Shown one piece after another: positions 13,636 through 27,975 of a DNA stretch of 64,000 nt. Origin of the DNA: Bugula neritina (taxonomy: Eukaryota; Animalia; Bryozoa); contig OZ037768.1 of the NCBI GenBank assembly GCA_964035545.1, positions 22,911,319 through 22,975,318 on the forward strand. The letters run 5' to 3'. Both the position numbers and the translations under genes were made by a program. The notes below the pieces were generated by a model. That model was not told the DNA's origin. It searched no databases and saw only the letters and a program-made list of their open reading frames with translations. The number at the start of each line of letters is the position of its first letter. The stretch's first letter is position 1.

Positions 13636-14430
13636 GATTTTAAATTTAAACTGTAAAGTGAACAAATCCCAATCTGAATTTCAATCTCAGTCCGAGTCTT
13701 AGTCTGCAAGTGTAAGGCAACAGAAGTGGTGCTAAAGTATATTTGAAGCAACCAGTAGAGCTTTGTAGTAAACTTAAAATAAACACTGTGATAACCACTC
13801 GCAATGTCCTACTCAAGAGCTAAGTACTTTTGATTTTTTAAATCAAACAGAGTCAGTCACTTCTACAATACAGTGACAGCTGTTTTGTTGTGAATTTAAA
13901 ATCCTCAGTCGAGAAGGAAACGAGGAGAATTCTGGGAAACAATATTAAAGCGATGTATCTGTTAAAAGTCAACTTTTATTGGCTGAACAGAATTAGAATA
14001 TGTTTATTTCGAGTTGTATTCTCTTGCGTTTGATTGTAATACCACGTGGATTATAATTAGAGGGACAATTCTACATTTTAGACAAGTATTCATCACATGA
14101 TAATCACATGTTGAATAAACTGTTCATCCGTAGTAGGGTGTGTTACGCATTTATTTAGACTTGCGTTGCTAACCGAAGCGGAGCTCTAGTTTAGTTTTAA
14201 TGTGACTAAACTGGTTGCCCAGGAGTAAAGTGTGTAGGGTGTGTCATAAAAATTTAGGAAAATATTATAGAATGAGCATTAGCCTGACAATAAATTTAAA
14301 TTTTAAGTATTAGGTTTTGCTGTCGTTTAGAGCTAACTGTAACGGACAATCTGAATCACAAGTACAAGACGTACACATAGTGATAGATCATAGTTATAGT
14401 TTTACTAAACTTAAACCTTACGGTAGAGTT
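13636..14430. promoter_or_regulatory. probable bidirectional promoter between ELOB and the MAP3K gene
   Basis: Head-to-head start codons ~950 bp apart; E-box CACGTG near 14043 and ATTGG near 13979. Inferred from position only. Confidence 0.5.
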
Positions 14431-14585
14431 TGAGTGTAGGTATTACTATTAGTAATACTAATAGTAATAGTTGTAGTAATACTATCGGTATTGCTACAAC
14501 GCTTGCAGTCACCTGTACTCTTTCAGTGGCAATCAGGAGCTAGTTCTAGTTTTAGTACTAGTTATTCACTTACAGACACTGGACT

Positions 14586-17500
14586 ATGCATCCAACACTC
14601 ACAGCTCCAACCACAATGACTATGTCCAAGGTAAAAATTTATGATACTGGAGCTATTAAAATCTATAAGTATAACTATTATTTCATATTTGCTATAAGTA
14701 TATACCAGATATTTTCTAGACGAAAAAAACATTGAATTTTGTTGATATTGATGACATCAAGTTCAACACTTACTGTTGATCGCCAGTCGCACTTACACTT
14801 ACAGTTGAGTAAATGTAATTGTAAAATTATTTCATTTCACTAACTCTAAGACAATCATAGTGTTGAAATGATGGCCTTGGACCAGAACTAAGACAATACT
14901 AAGAGTAATCGATTTCATATACCTAATTTCAAGCAATTGCCAAATATTGTTTTGATTTTAATGTTTTTATATTTTTAAAATCCAAATTGAATAGAAGTTT
15001 AAACCAGTTAGTTTATTTTGTCACTTAAGGGTTTGAGTGCTTTATTAGTGATTGTCTTTTTATATATTTTGATTTAAAACATAGTTTTTTTAAGTGCATT
15101 GCCATTCTTGTCTTGAAATTCTGTTTTTGTTTTCAATCTTGTTAGTTTCTTAGTTTTTAATAAAGCTGTAAACTCAAAAAAACATTTGTCTTAGCTCAAA
15201 TTTTTAATGTGTCTTTCTCAATTCTAGAATGAACAAAAATCCCACACCACAAGCCCTCAAAGACCTTCACATATAACTGTTACTAGGCAACCAATGAAGC
15301 AAATTGAAGTGGTGCTGCCTTTACACGGTTCTAGTTGTACCACTACCACACAAGATCTCTACCCCATTGCTCACAGTCCAGATAGTAATATTTTCTCATC
15401 AAGGTAGGGTTAGAAGTCATTGTAATTATATGTAATTCATACTCTCTAATAGGGATGGGTCTCCCTGAATTAGGTAGATTGTGTCACTTTTTGCGAAACT
15501 CGCTATGCACTTGATCATTGTGAAAAGCTATTGCATATATTTTTTGCATTACCTATACAACTTTCTGGTATGATGCAATGAAGCATGGTACTATATCGAT
15601 TGAGCAGTGGTAGTTGAAATATTTATTGAATAAGCTTATATAAATAAACAGTATGCTCTCCTGTCAAGTTTTTTACCCCCAACCCCTGCTGCTGTTTGTA
15701 GTTGATTCCTGAAGAAAGGATTTAATCAATAGATGCTTGTGTCACTTCATTTAATTGGCCCTCAGTACAGGCCTTTACAAAAAGATAGTAAATATGCACA
15801 ATAACACACCTCTGTACTTATTTTCAATGTAAATAGTTGTATAGTAGCTTTTTGTTTGGTCTTGACTTGTACTGAAATGCTAACAGTGTTAGATGCATAC
15901 AAAACCTTGTGATTCACAAAAAATACTAAATTTTCCAACTTGCTGTAACTGTTCTTGTGTGAAGTGAAAATTTACTCAATCGTTCTAGTTCCAAAAACTC
16001 AAGGAAATATTTAGGCACTTTTCCAAAAATTATGAGGGCCTAGCTGTGTAATGATTGTGAAATGTGGCCTGACTGTAACACAATAAGTTACGAAATGCTG
16101 AGAAGAAGGAGATATTAGCAGATAGCATGTGTTGTAGCTCACTAGCCTTATCAGAGAGTACCAACTCAGGTCATGTGACCGACATTCCTAGACCTACGCC
16201 ACCTCACAGACAGAGTAAAAACACAATGGTGCCGCCCAAACAGCAAACGCAAAACAGGGACGAGCTCAAACAGCCCGCTGACAGTCAGCCATATTGGATT
16301 AACGGCCTCATCACCTGTCTCAAGCCCGTTTGGTCCATCATTGGTCGAGCCACTTTAGAGGAAAAACTAAAAGGTTTGTAACTTTATGACTCAACCAATA
16401 TTTTCACTCAGGAAGTTGGTTAAGATGTAACGGCAACTTTCAACTTTGAGTCGTCATAGTCTGAATAACTGCTACTTATAGTCTGATGTGCAGGTAAACC
16501 CATGGGAGAATATTGGGCCAAGTTTATACACAATACAAAGTATAATCACTACTGATTTCACAAACTAGCAAACTCTGTTATAGAATTGAATAAAAAAATT
16601 ATAGACACCAACTGGCTCCATAGGCTAAGATTCTACAACTAATAGATTAATGTAGTATTGAACTTGTGCACCAAGGCTAAGATGAATCCCTCTTTGTTTT
16701 GATCTAAACATTAGAATCCCACATCATAAGGTTTATGGGCTGCCAAAGCCTGCTGCCAGAGTTGTAATGCTGCATTTAGAAGTAATTACTCTATTGATAC
16801 ATCAAACATGCAAGAGTTGGTATCATTAAGCATGTCGGCCACACTACTCCATGAGTAATATCACAGGTAGAGTGAATGGAGAATAATGTCTTCCCATTTC
16901 ATAACAGGGTTATGTAATAATATAATTGTTGAAGTAATCAAAGTTGAAGCAGTGGCAGGTAAAATCTTTTTATTAGTGTTACAATACGCAGTTAATTACG
17001 CAGTCAATCAATATGTCTGCTATTACACATGTTAAACTCAAATTAACTTAGTAATAGTGACTTATTAGCGTCATATAGGTGTATTCACCTGTCTATAGTA
17101 ACTGTCTAGCCTTTTTTTTCACTCTCTCTCCTATCCAATATTCTATACTATGTTGGTTTTCATCAAACTGTATATCATTGTGTTTGAGGCATGGCATGAC
17201 CATCTTGGTTTTATATTAACAAAGGGGTGTGAATATAAAGTACTTTAGCAGGTGAGCGCAGTAATGGAAAAATTGAGAAAAGCCTGTGTTCTAGATTAAT
17301 AATGTAGCAAAAAAGTTATGTTTTCAACTGGCTTCCCAAACCAAAATACAATAAGAAAGTTAAAGAAATTGAGCTATCTCAATTTTTCTACCACTACTGC
17401 ACCTAAATGACTGTTTATTCCATTATTTACAATCTACAGAAACACCTTATTGCAGTCTAAACTCTAGTTATTGGTTGCCAATCTTCAAGTTAATAAAAAC

Positions 17501-20500
17501 ACTAGTTTTCTCTTCTTCATATGTTAATCTATGATGTTGCAATATGCACTTGGATTATGGGTATTTAATTACCTAATCCCATCCTTCATGCAAGTCATCC
17601 TGATACAGACTCGCTCTCTGTTAGTTTTAGTAAAAGTTTACAGTTTTCCTGCTGCCGGACTTGTGTTCAGGCAGCAGTTCTATTCAGGCAGCAGCTCTAT
17701 TCAGTCAGCAGTTCTATTCAGGCAGCAGTTCTATTCAGTCAGCAGTTCTATTCAGGCAGCAGTTAGCTGACAGCTCTAGAGTTCCTCTGTACCAGGAAAA
17801 ATCAGCGGGTTGGAAATTTACGGTTTTTTGACAACTCACATCCTTCTGCTATGCCTGTTGCCAACATCTGACTATCAATATGAAACTGTCCATGGGTAAT
17901 TTGTAAACTCTCTGTTTTGAATTTGTAGGAATTAAAATAATTATTTCATTTTATTATTGTATTTCCTGTAGATAATTCGTTTGATATAAAGTTTGAGGAA
18001 ATCACGAACCTACGCTGGCTGGGTAGTGGCGCGCAGGGGGCTGTTTTCTATGGTAAACTGCGCGGAGAGGAAGTTGCTGTGAAGAAAGTTAAAAATCTTA
18101 AAGAAATAAACATCAAACATCTGAGGAAACTAAACCACCCTAACGTCATCTCCTTCAGGTGTGTTGTGTATCTTTTAAGCCCCCCCCTCGTGGGCTGAAA
18201 GTAGACGGGCAGATGTTAAAGGGAGCACATTCTCTTGGGTGCTGCTAAGTGATTGGATTGGTTATGGCTTTTGCCAGTTGGTTTTTTATGTAATTTCATG
18301 AGAATGTTTTGTGCTCTTGATATGTTCCATCAATGAGATGGTTATTACAGCTCTTGAATGTAACTAGCAGTGGACTTTTGACTAAGTAACTGTAACTAGT
18401 AGTACACAAAGTAGCTGTGTAACTATGACTAGTAGTACAAAGTAGCTGTTTAACTATGACTAGTAGTAGAAAGTAACTGTATAACCATGATTAGTAGTAC
18501 AAAGTAGCTGTATAACCATGACTAGTAGTACAAAGTAACTGTATAACCATGACTAGTAGTACAAAGTAGCTGTATAACCATGACTAGTAGTACAAAGTAA
18601 CTGTATAACCATGACTAGTAGTAGAAAGTAACTGTATAATTATGACTAGTGACTCTTGACTATGTAACTCATAGTAGAAAGTGACTATATAACTAATAGT
18701 AGAACAGAATATAGTAAGTAGTATTTAATCCTTCCGCCATACTTAAGAATACAAGGAAATGAGGTGCAAATGGCTGGTTTTTATTACACCATTTCCTGCT
18801 CAATGCTACATTAAATTAATACTTTTTCAATTGTTCCTTTTAATTATATGTAAATGGATATTAGTGGTGAACCAAGTTCTTTGATTTAATGATTTTTATC
18901 TGTTAATATTTTATGGTAACAACAGATTTCATAAATAATATTTTATAATCAGTCTCAAAACCTCAAAGTTTTGAAATGCCTGTAATATTCTTTAGCCAAA
19001 GAGGGTTTGAACCCAGAGCTAGCTGGTCTTGAGTTCAGTGATCATACCTCTGGACCACCAAGACTCCCCTGTTTTCTTGGAATTAAACGATACTTAGTAG
19101 GGTAGCATCAGCCTTAGCCCAGTTGCTTAGATCTACTTTAACTAACAATTGCAGCTACTTCCCCTATTCATAATTACATTTCATGTTATTGGGTTAGCAT
19201 AGTGTGTTTATTGATTTTAGTAACATTATACTGTTAGTATTCGCAACAACCTGGCTATGAACCTTTCTAACACTCCCCAGACTGTGATGATTGTATCTCA
19301 TTTTACTCTAATAAACAATGTTTTAATTTCACAGCAGATGTGTTACTATTTACTGAAATGTGTTACAGGGGAGTGTGTTCACAGGCGATGTGTTACTATT
19401 TACTGAAATGTATTACAGGGGAGTGTGTTCACAGGCGATGTGTTACTATTTACTGAAATGTATTACAGGGGAGTGTGTTCACAGCCGATGTGTTACTATT
19501 TACTGAAATGTATTACAGGGGAGTGTGTTCACAGCCGATGTGTTACAGTATTATCATGGAGTATTGTGCCTATGGTCAGTTGTATGAAATGTTACGGGAC
19601 GAGCGAGAGATCCCCCCTCACTTACTCTATTCCTGGGCCTCCCAAATAGCCTGTGGGATGAACTACCTCCACACTAACAAGATCATACACAGAGACCTTA
19701 AATCTCCCAAGTAAGTGTGGCTAGTAGGACAGGGCGGGTGATGAATGCCCTGTAAAGGTTTGTTTCATGTGAAACTGGGCCTAAGCATTGTTACTCATGA
19801 CTGTAGGTTTGATTTGACTTTTATAGTAAGAGAGTTGGAAGGAATATAATTTTAGAATAGAAATAAATTTGCATCATTCCGGCTACTAATTTGATAGAAA
19901 AATCAATTCCAATGTTTGCCCAGATCAATTGATAAATTTTGCCTATCAGTTGGGTTTCAATGCAGACGGCTAATTAATAAATTCCCTCTTCAAACACGGC
20001 TTCTAGTAGTTGAAATACACCATGCTTTTCCTATATTTAAACAATGCTCACGTTGTTTGCCTAGTAGTGTTGTAATAGTGACCATATTTAATGCCTTGTG
20101 AATCATCCATATTGTCAAGTCGCAGCTCACGGGCTTCAAATACCTGCTCTGACTCATCACACTTCCCACCAGTTCTATAAATAACTTCATTCAAAATTAA
20201 ATCAATCACAAATACAGAAAACAGGCACCTTATTGTCATTGTCACGAAATTATTTCAATACCAATATTATAATTCAATTGTTAGTTTATAGATAATAATT
20301 ATGCCATTTCCCTTGCGAATGGAAGCATTTAAATCCAAGACTTGCATATAACTGCGAGGTATACATGTGCTAGTAATGTACCCACACCATGTATATTAGA
20401 TTATACATCATAAAATCTCTCAAAAATCAATACTAATGCACTTACTAGGTCTTGAGTGACTGCTAGCGCTCTTGTATATCTTGTACTATATTTTCACTCT

Positions 20501-23500
20501 CTCAGCTTTCACTTCTCACATCAGCTATCTGCGTTTTTTAATCAGCATTAATGTGATTTTGAACTCAGAAGATGTTACAGTTTTTACCTTCAGTTACGTA
20601 ATTTGTGTTTGTAGCATCTTAATCGGCCATAATGATATTTTGAAAATATCAGACTTTGGGACAAGCAAGGAGTTTCAGGAGCATGAGCGAAGTATGATCA
20701 TGTCATTCGCTGGTACTTACGCCTGGATGGCACCAGAGGTCATTAAAAATGAACCCTGCTCTGAGAAAGTAGATGTATGGTGAGTGTGTGGTATCTGGTT
20801 GCTCATTGGCCAATACAATGCACTGAGCTTTGTTATTGGCTGACAAACTCTATTGTTTGTTGCTTCTTAACTTTTCGTAGAAGGATGTTTGAAATGTGAC
20901 GGAGACCAAAAAATGTATTAATCCTATTATTTATATCACAGATATGCTGTGTAATGGTTGGAAAGTGTTTTCAGTATAATATGGTAATTTTCTAGCTAAT
21001 GTTAGACAGTTCAAAAGAACATAATATTCTCTTGAGATTTCTATGGCATCTTTCCTCTCCCCATAACTTACAGATAAACAGTGTCATTGCAACTACCTTT
21101 TGATTCATGCATTGTAACTAGTGGCTCTAATCCTTCTGTGGTTTGTTTTTCTTCAATAAAATTATTGAAAACCCCTTAGCGAAGAATTGTGCAACTGATA
21201 ATCTGTGGCCACAGAAGAGTTTTTCTATGATTAATGATAGCTGGAAGCTGTCTTAGTTTTATTACCTTAGTTTTTGTAGCTGTTGCTATGGTTACTCACT
21301 AAAGATAAAAAACACTGTATTATTAATTTTTTATCGCTTTTTGATCTAAATACAGGATGCAGTTTCGTGAAAATCACACGTTATCAACTAATGTGTTGAA
21401 GAATACTGTCGTTCAAGACTGATAGGTTTTATCCACTCTACTGAATAGCCCGGCTAACTAACCCCTTAAATTGCCCTCCCCCTGTAAATCAAATAATAAT
21501 AATAATAATAAGTTGGATCTTGTTTGTTTGACCTTGGTGTACATCTAAAGGTCAAACAGAGTAACAACAACAGAGCTTGCTCTAAACTGTAAGAGAATAG
21601 AAAACATTCTACACTCACTTTGTCCTGGTTGTCACTATAGACACCAGTGCACAGTGCTTGACTTGTGGTGCAGGTGACACTGATGTCAAGTGCTTGTATA
21701 CTTCCTGTTATTTAAAAAGCACTGCTTCTGCTAGTCACTGTTGAAGGACTCATACTATTTAGTTTTGTTTGTTTTAACAGGTCATACGGAGTGGTACTAT
21801 GGGAGCTACTGACTGGTGAAATCCCCTATAAAGATGTTGATTCCACGGCTATAATATGGGGTGTAGGCAGTGCCAGCCTTCTTCTGCCCATTCCAGAAGA
21901 TATGCCCGAGGGCTTCAAACTACTGCTCAAACAGTGCTGGTGAGTTGGACGATTTGATTCGAGTTGAAACAGGAAACTGCCTGTCAACTTTCTCATCTTA
22001 CAAACTCGCAATGTTTGTTTGGGAATAAATTAAAATTTTTAATGAGATGTTTCCATATTAATTGTAATTTTTAATTTATGAAAATAATTACACTCAGTTT
22101 TGGCTGGAAATTGTTTGAATTAACTAGCCAAAGTGACAACTGGGAAATAGGCTATTCAGCTTTTAGCTTAGTAGTTTTTCTCTCAAAGACGATTCATATG
22201 CCAAAGTTATTTCAAAATTATTTTAAAATATATTTTGATTAGCATAATTAAGTATAATATGTTTGAGCAAATAACACAGGAAGTGGCATATTCCTGTCAT
22301 CTTTACTTCAAGAGATGTGTTTTCCTTGGCTGAAGCTCATCTGACAGCAACCATGCAAATAGAACACCTGCAACTGCCTGCCATGTAACATGACTGCTTG
22401 AATCACATCTTGGCAACTCTGTATACCATTACCTGGTCATATGATTTACCTTCAGCTGATAAGAGTTGTCTTTCATCTTAGGGTGCTTCTTGTATAAGCT
22501 ATTGTTAGGAACTTCAGGCAATTTAATTAAAAAATATGCATATATGCAAATGAATATGGCAGTGATCAATGTTTTTTTTTTGGTGTTATAGCTAAACTGA
22601 TTGATTAGCATGGTTGTGCAATGCTATATCCGCTATAACTTTAGCACCTCACATACCTTTACTTGCGTTATATCGTGATGTATTACATTGTATTCCAGGA
22701 GTACCAAACCCAGAAACAGACCAACCTTCCGGCATATTCTGATGCACCTCGAGATTGCATCATCCTCACTGCTAGGTAAGTTTCTCTGTGTTTATTGGAT
22801 AGGACAGAGATTAATGCTAGTTTTCTATAATGGAACTAGTAAGTTTCCAGGAATAGAGAAAAAGATATGTAATGACTCGTTTCTAAAAACTTAGGCCTAG
22901 GGCATCCCCCTCACCCCTAGCCTAAAGTAATGTGTATGCACTTTTTATTCCGGATAGTCTTCTCTGTATTAAATTGTCATCTGGTGGGAGTATTTACTAA
23001 ACACTGCTTGGTTTGATTCACCAGATCAAAGTTTACTAGTTGTTTTGGCAAAGCATCCCCACCACCTGTGCTGTCTTCTATCTTTTCAGCCATCGTATAT
23101 AATATAATAATAACATGGTGGCATTGAGTGGGTGGTTGTGAAATCAAATCATATTTAATAGCTTGCGTTTTTATTTAATACATCGACCAATCATATCGCA
23201 GGATTGTAAATAGTTTGCCCAATCGCCTCACTTCTCTATAATTGTTCTGGTATTCTCATCTCACAACGTCATAATGCAATGGATTTATGCAAGGTTTGAT
23301 TGATGGGTGCTAAAATTTCCCTATCATGTGATGAAAACACAATTATTAATGCATTATTTCTGTTAGTTTTGAGCTGTAGCTTGTGTTAATTGTAAATGTG
23401 TCTTCAGATATCACCAGTTGGTTAATTAAAGTGTCAATTCATAAATCTTTTGACAAAAACTAGAAATTTCAGATGCTGGTATAACTAGAATAAACTGAAG

Positions 23501-25860
23501 TAGTTTATGAAATTATTTTTTGCTATTAACTTGTCTATGAATATTTTAGTTAACAGTTGAAATTTCCAAATCCTGTTTAGTCTAATCCATATTTAAGAAG
23601 TGAACATCACATGGCCATGTTGTGTCTATTTCATTCCAAATCCTATAGTCATAGACTGAATATCTCCATTTAAACTATCAGACTAACAGAGTGATTATTC
23701 CTATGTTTTCAGGGACGGATGCAGAGGAATTCTACGAGACGCAGATGGTGTGGAAGACTCAAATAAAGAGGAGATTTGAGAGTCTGAGGCTGCAAGGCAC
23801 GGCATCATACCTCCGGGCTCACAGTCAGCACCCGCCTTTGGAGGAAGTCAGCCAGCAGAGGGCGGAGGAGATGAGGTGAGTTGAAGGTCATAGCTGGGAA
23901 GGGGTGGATTAACATTCTGGCATCAGGGGTTTGGTCGAAATATGTTCATTTTAATGCATTTGGTTATTTCACTAGTGATAACCATAACTAATGATCAATC
24001 ATTTAGGTAAAGTCCAAATTATTACGAAATTTCTTCGCGCACAACTAAAACTTTGTTGAGTCTGTTAGTTAAAAATAATGAAAGTTAAAGATAAGAAATA
24101 TTGAGCAATGCTACTGCAGCACCACTTGCGTTGAGGTGCAGGCCGTCTTATCACCAACTGATATGCAGTGACGTATTACAGTGTATAGTAAAACCTACAC
24201 TCAATGTCAGGTTGAGTTCAACTTTATAACTTCTCCTTTTTTGAGTGTACAACAATTTACATTGTAAGCTAAAGTGTGATGATGTTTTAATCATATGTAC
24301 TTGAATAAGGAAGTCTGAAAAATAGGAACTAAAAGTCACTAAAATAAAACTTTTTATCATGTTTTAGTTTCATCTACTTTCCAGCACTTTTCACTGTGAA
24401 TGTTGACTATTACCGATAGTCACTGTATAGTGTATAATATGGGCTTGTATATACACAGCATTCAGTAATATACTGTAGTTTAGCCTCCTTAACCTTTATG
24501 TCACCTTGACCTTTCTCTCACTGACTATTTACTCTCATAACAACTAATTAATTACAGTTTTCATGTCCATCAAGGTAATGGCTACTGAGCAATAATTTAT
24601 TTTTGGAACTTGTTTATTTTTAGCAACTATCGTCTATTTTTAGAAACGTCCAAGAGATTGTATGCCAGTATAAGAAGAAGTTGATACAGACCAACAACCT
24701 GTACATGGATCTGTTTGGCATCATGTTACAACTGGAACAGAGAGAGAAAGAGTTGGCTAGGTGAGTGTGTTTTCTAATGAATAATGTAGTTATGCTGATA
24801 AATATTTATTGTTGTTTCAGTACCTGCACCTGTACTACCACCTGCAACATCACTCATACCTATAATCAGTATTACAATAATATTAGTGCTGCTGCTGTGA
24901 ATAGCCAATCATTGTGAAGCAGTGGAACATTAAATATGCTTCTAGAAGGGATAAATCATTCTATTTTAGTAGCTGTTTATGCACGTTTGTAAAATTCGGT
25001 AGTTATTGGCACGTGTGTAGTTTATTTATCAGTGTTTCTACTTTTTGGAGTGCTTCAAATTTTTGGCCTTAAGTATACAACACAATCAATTGGATTCTTT
25101 TTACTCAAAACAAGCTAGTTATATGTTGCAATATATTAAATTGTTGTTTTCTTTACCAATTGGAAAGATAATTTGTTATTGAATATAATTGTGGTTTACT
25201 GTTTGTTCATATTCATCACATCAGGGAATTTACTAACCCCCTTGAACTTTTCTAGCTCGTGTCTCAAGTGCTCGAAACTCTTCAATACTATTAGCCTAAT
25301 TTGATAAAATCAGATTGGATATATTACTGTTGTTTGTGTGCAGTCAAATATCTATGCTTATATTAATTGGCTTGATTTAATTCAATTGAACAATCATATG
25401 TTATTAGTCTTTGCTACTATATATTGATTTGCCACGTTGTAGACAAGAGCGAATGATGTCCAAACGAATGAAATTAAAAGTTTCAAAAACATCAGAGGAT
25501 TCTGGGACATTTCCTGCTGTATCAACTTTGGGACAAATCAAGAAGAAACTAAATGATTCTATTTCATCTATGAATATAGACATGCCCGACACCCCTGGGA
25601 CCCCTTCACCTCTCAATGAAACTTTATCCACCCTTGGAACTGCTACCACAATAGAATCCGGGATTGTCACCTCACCACGATCTCTAGATGAAATCACAGA
25701 ACATTATGAGAACTTGGAGCGTGACAGAGATCATTGTTTTGATAGGCGCGGCGCCAAGCTAAAAGTAGAAAGGACACAAAGTGACACGCTAAATCACAAC
25801 AACTTGGATTATGATACAGAGTTATCTCCCTCTACACCATATCATGATAATATAACGTAA
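14586..25860 (+). CDS. MAP3K13: dual leucine zipper kinase, MAP3K12/MAP3K13 (DLK/LZK/Wallenda) orthologue, ~644 aa
   Basis: Exons 14586-14630, 15228-15403, 16138-16373, 17972-18158, 19519-19710, 20615-20779, 21781-21939, 22699-22775, 23713-23875, 24644-24760, 25443-25860 (1935 nt, in frame). Motifs [51 protein letters not shown]; zipper [20 protein letters not shown]; palmitoylation-type segment [14 protein letters not shown]. The first two exons are less certain. Confidence 0.92.
17666..17765. repeat. 17-bp tandem repeat, ~6 copies
   Basis: Unit TTCAG(G/T)CAGCAGTTCTA. Confidence 0.9.
18390..18700. repeat. 31-bp minisatellite, ~9 copies
   Basis: Unit AAAGTAGCTGTATAACCATGACTAGTAGTAC; ATAACC recurs every 31 bp from 18481. 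Confidence 0.92.
18991..19069 (-). mobile_element. degenerate tRNA-derived SINE-like head (second family)
   Basis: Reverse strand reads ...GGTGGTCCAGAGG...GGGTTCAAACCC..., with A/B-box-like spacing; single degenerate copy. Confidence 0.35.
19328..19547. repeat. 50-bp tandem repeat (4+ copies) spanning a MAP3K kinase-exon acceptor
   Basis: TTACAG|GGGAGTGTG with AG ending at 19368, 19418, 19468 and 19518. Confidence 0.96.
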
Positions 25861-27276
25861 CCACTTACCAGCTTTTATCTAGCTTAAGCTTTGTCTTATT
25901 TTTATTGTTAAAATTTCTTAATATTAAATTAATCTTTTAAAAAGTATTCTATCGTTTATTGTGCAATATTGGGGACAAGTTTTGAATTAATTATATTTCA
26001 AATTAAGGTGAAAAGATATTTTATATTGTGTATATAGTATAATGTAGATTCTATAATTGTGTACATATTTTATGTTATTTTGTAACATACTCTTTTGTAC
26101 ATAGGCATGTTTTATTCATTATGAGTTCTTTTCAGGGAAATAATAAATATGATGAGGGTGATTGACTGTTGTTATGGATAATTTAAATGACTTGGCATAA
26201 AACACTATTTTATATTCTGTTTTCAATATATATAGACGTTCAGCTTACATGTTATTTTGGGTACATATCACTACGTCATATCACAATACTTCCCTGTATA
26301 AAGTTGTCATACAGGTTGTTATTTTCCAAGATGGCTATTTTAGAAATAGTTCTCTTCTATTTAATAAATATATGCAATACCCTTAACTGCCAAGCTGTCA
26401 ATGTGAATTTGACTTTTAGTTTACCAATTTTCATGTACTTTTTTAAAGATATAAATCCTCCAAAATCAAAAGAGACAATCTAGCTTGGTAGCAATTTTTT
26501 CAGCATTGACATTAATCTTTTATAACATTAAAAATTCATAGTCTTTGAGATAGTTCTCACATTTCCATTGTCTTATTAGTTAGGGTGCTCAGCGTTTTAA
26601 ATAATACAAACAGCACTACAAATTGTGTGTTTAAGTTATATGTTTTATCTTTCATAAATGGAATTACAGTTGTCTTGTTACTAAAAGTAAAGTCACCATG
26701 TGTTCTTGCTTAATTTGTATATTTCTAAATTCTAAAAAATAGTTGATTTGTAAATTCAGAATGCTTCCATTTTTAGCTTGCTGAATTATTACTGTTATCT
26801 TGCAAGTTGCGTTTGCATATGTTGCTGCTCAAATTAAACCACATATTTAACAAAATTATACATGGCAATAATTATAAAATAAGTTGTGCACTCCCAAAGG
26901 GTAAATAAATCATCCTGGTGCACTCATAGCTAAAATAGCTGAAAGAAAAGACAATTTCTTAATGAAGATCAATGTAACATTTACTTGGATCTTCACTCAT
27001 CTGTAGAGTTATCCTCCTACAAATTCATATGACCTCTAGCTCTAACAGTTCATTGTTAATCTATAATAGAGGTGATTGGATGTATTTGTAAATGTAATCA
27101 CAGTGCGAGTATTGGTTAGTAAAGTTAAAAATAAGTGAGATGAATTTAAAATGATTTTAGGAGCTTAGTGTTCTCACTCTAACCACATTCAATTTCTTTG
27201 GAATCAGAAACAAATTTTAATTTAGATTTTGCAACGCAAATTCATACCAAATCCAATACATGATAACTATGAACTC

Positions 27277-27975
27277 ATACTATGACTATGACTATTACTA
27301 TTAGTATTACTATAGTATTACTATTACTATTACTATTAGTATTAGTATTACTAATACTAATACTAATACTAATACTAATAGTTATACTATTACTATTAGT
27401 ATTACTACTACTAATACTAATAGTACTACCAGTACTAGTACTGCTAGTACTACTTGACATAGTATTAATATTATTGCTATTAGAGTATTACTATTAGTAT
27501 TACCACTAATGAGTAATAGTAATACTATTACTATTAGTATTACTATAACTATTACTATTACAGTATTTGTATTAGTATCACTATAATTATAGTATAAGTA
27601 TAACTAATACTATCATTATTCATTATGAATAACTCGATATCAAATAATGAAATATTAATTATTCAATATCCATATGAATATCAATATGAATTAGAATATC
27701 AATATGAGTATCGACTATCGTAGATTATGATTATAAGAAAAATCCTAATCTTATCAGACAGTAAAATATTCAAATTACAAGTAAATCTAATAATAGTACT
27801 AATAGTAATAACTAAAAGTTAAAGTAATATCAATAAATATGTCGTATTACTAGTAGCCAGTAGGCCTAGTAATACTAATAGTAATACTAATACTAATAGT
27901 AATAGTAATACTCATGAACATATTTCTACTTTATACTAATAATAATGCTAATATTAATACTTATCTATATACTAA
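27277..27975. repeat. 3-periodic low-complexity (ACT/ATT/AGT/AAT)n tract
   Basis: Degenerate trinucleotide runs giving spurious Leu/Ile- and Ser/Asn-rich ORFs. Confidence 0.85.

Noticed and set aside
19328-19547. CRISPR-like array (also considered for the other arrays)
   Set aside because: Head-to-tail repeats with no unique spacers, no cas genes, eukaryotic context.
22980-23370. possible DNA-transposon remnant
   Set aside because: No TIR or TSD could be defined by eye.
27275-27497. hydrophobic Leu/Ile-rich membrane-protein ORFs (also 41418-41606, 51638-51835, 52635-52817)
   Set aside because: Products of trinucleotide low-complexity DNA.
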